A stretch of DNA of 64,000 nt from Nitrospirota bacterium (GTDB lineage Bacteria > Nitrospirota > UBA9217): positions 1,664,001-1,728,000 of the forward strand of contig CAVTRN010000002.1 in assembly GCA_963737155.1 (NCBI GenBank), given 5' to 3'. The notes under the pieces are model-generated. The model ran no database searches and was not told the origin of the DNA. It worked only from the letters and a program-made list of their open reading frames with translations. The position numbers and the translations under genes are program-made. This document shows, one piece after another, positions 62,295 through 64,000 of this stretch. Every line of letters begins with the position of its first letter. The first letter of the stretch is position 1.

Positions 62295-63807
62295 ATGGCA
62301 CCAGTTACAAGCGGAGTTAAATTCAGGGCGTATCCGACGGAGAAACAGCAAGAGAAACTGTCTCAGTGGTTCGGCTGCCAGCGCCTGATATACAACAGCA
62401 AAGTTTCAGAATCGCAGTATTTCTACACCTTCAAGAAACACTCACTTTCTTTAACCGGCATACAGCTGCCAAGCGATCAACAATACTCGCAGTTTAAGGA
62501 TAAAGAGCTCACCCCGTTTTTGTACGAGCTGCCTTCACAAGTACTCCGTAATGGCGCCGTCAGATTCATGGGCGCTCAACAGCGGTTTTTCAAAGGGCTC
62601 GCCGAGCGTCCAACGTTCAAGAAGAAGTCTGGTCGCCAAACTGTTTGGCTTACAAAAGAAGTATTTCAGTTCGAGCCCACCGGCAAACGCAAAAGCAGCC
62701 ACAAAACCAAACAGGGTAAAACAATCTACGAGCACAAGCTGATGATCGGCACAAAAACACACAACTTCGGAGAATTGCGTTTTAAGGCCCACAGGGAATA
62801 CGATTTCTGGCGACTGTTACAATTGCGCGGGATGCCGGTAAGTGGTTTGTCTCCTTCTCCTATGCAGCGTCTGATGACCTCAGTTTATCGGAATCCGATC
62901 TTATCGCCCGTTACTCAGCGATGAACGCCCAAAATCTCGATAAAATCACGATGGGCATAGACCGTGGTGTGGTTATCCCTGCTGTAACAAGCGCCGATGA
63001 AAATCACGACTACACCGACAATCAAAAAAACAACCTCGTTAAAAAAGAAGCCCGTCGGAAACGCTACCAGCGAATAATGGTTCGCAGGCAAAAAGGGTCA
63101 GGGCGCCGGAAGAAAACGTCTTTGAATGTCGCGCGCTACCATACGCATGCATCTAATTTACGTTTGGACTTCGCCTATAAAGTCAGCGGAAAGATCGTTG
63201 ATTCCAATGCAGGGATCATCGTATTCGAGGACCCTAAAGTTAAGAACATGGCTAAAGCACCGGGACCAAAACCAGCGAATATGAAGAACGGTGCTGTCAT
63301 TGCCACTGATACCATCGCATATCTCCCCGACGGAGCTGCCGCAAAAGCAGGACTCAATAAAGCTATACTCGAGTCTGCCTCGGGCAACATAAAGTTGTTC
63401 ACCACCTACAAAGCACGGAGATCCAACAAACCTGTCATAGTTGTCCCGCCACACGGCACGTCGCAGGAGTGTTAGAAGTGTTCGCACACTCACCCGGGGA
63501 ATCGCCAGTCTCAGGCGATATTCGAATGTCAACGCTGCGGAGTTACCGCAAAAGCCGACTTTAATGCATCCGTCTCTGTCAAAAACAGGGGTACCGCATG
63601 CTGGAAGCCGCCGAGATTGCTGTAAAGCAAACAACGCGTGCTATGCGGTTAAAGAAAAAGCAACAACTAGGTCGGGAACTGGCCGAAGTTACGCGCGGGG
63701 AAATGGAAGTAAGGCGATCTGAGGGCACATGCCTTCAGGTCGCATCCGTCGAGAACCGCCAAACCTACACTACAATTGCGAAAGCGATTTAGTGGCGGGA
63801 GAGTTCA
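62295..63807 (+). mobile_element. tnpB: IS200/IS605-family tnpB element, tnpB frameshifted and nonsense-mutated
   Basis: KFRAYPT..Q...FGC.R..YN; GIDRG, VFED and ADFNA RuvC residues; zinc finger TSQEC*KC...CQRCG. Frameshift near 62805, stop at 63473. The right-end hairpin ends in TTCA at ~63807. Confidence 0.85.
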
Positions 63808-64000
63808 TAGAATTGGCAGAGGTAACCTACTGCGCCAGTGCATTCGCGGAAGAGGAGAAAGATGGTTCCCGGAACCAGTACTTGAAAAATAAAAAAGGCC
63901 GGCATTTACCCCGGCCCTTGTTGTTTGATATCCATTGCCCCACTTAAATTTGATCAACATCGACAACAAGTTTGATTTTTTGTCCTGCTCTTATCATGCC

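Overview
Bacterial chromosomal window. Housekeeping genes lie at both ends (usp, tatA, rmuC, nadA, era, dedA, recO, lnt, two Hfq-like genes, queD, pmbA on the left; nfo, a radical SAM gene, a PHP gene and a TPR gene on the right). The main feature is a ~41-kb island (14460-55405) inserted inside the host NAD-dependent DNA ligase gene ligA, exactly between ...ATRGD and GYEGEDVT...; removing it rejoins an intact 672-aa LigA in frame. The first island gene is a complete, divergent replacement LigA. The island also carries a translationally coupled three-tyrosine-recombinase plus small-protein module (GInt/ginABCD-like, with the fourth gene fused to a P-loop kinase) and a defence cargo: SNF2 helicase, RloC-like ATPase, cyclase-like protein, a Kiwa system disrupted by an IS256-family element, type III RM and a PD-(D/E)xK nuclease. 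Nested in the island is a 15.8-kb segment (16654-32467) with IS21-type terminal repeats and a 5-bp target duplication but no transposase. It carries an integrase-less array of attC-bounded cassettes (Lit protease, TIR-TPR, HEPN-motif and REase-like genes, and others) plus group II intron and IS110 remnants. Two decayed tnpB elements lie outside the island. All protein family calls come from motif recognition by eye, not from database searches.
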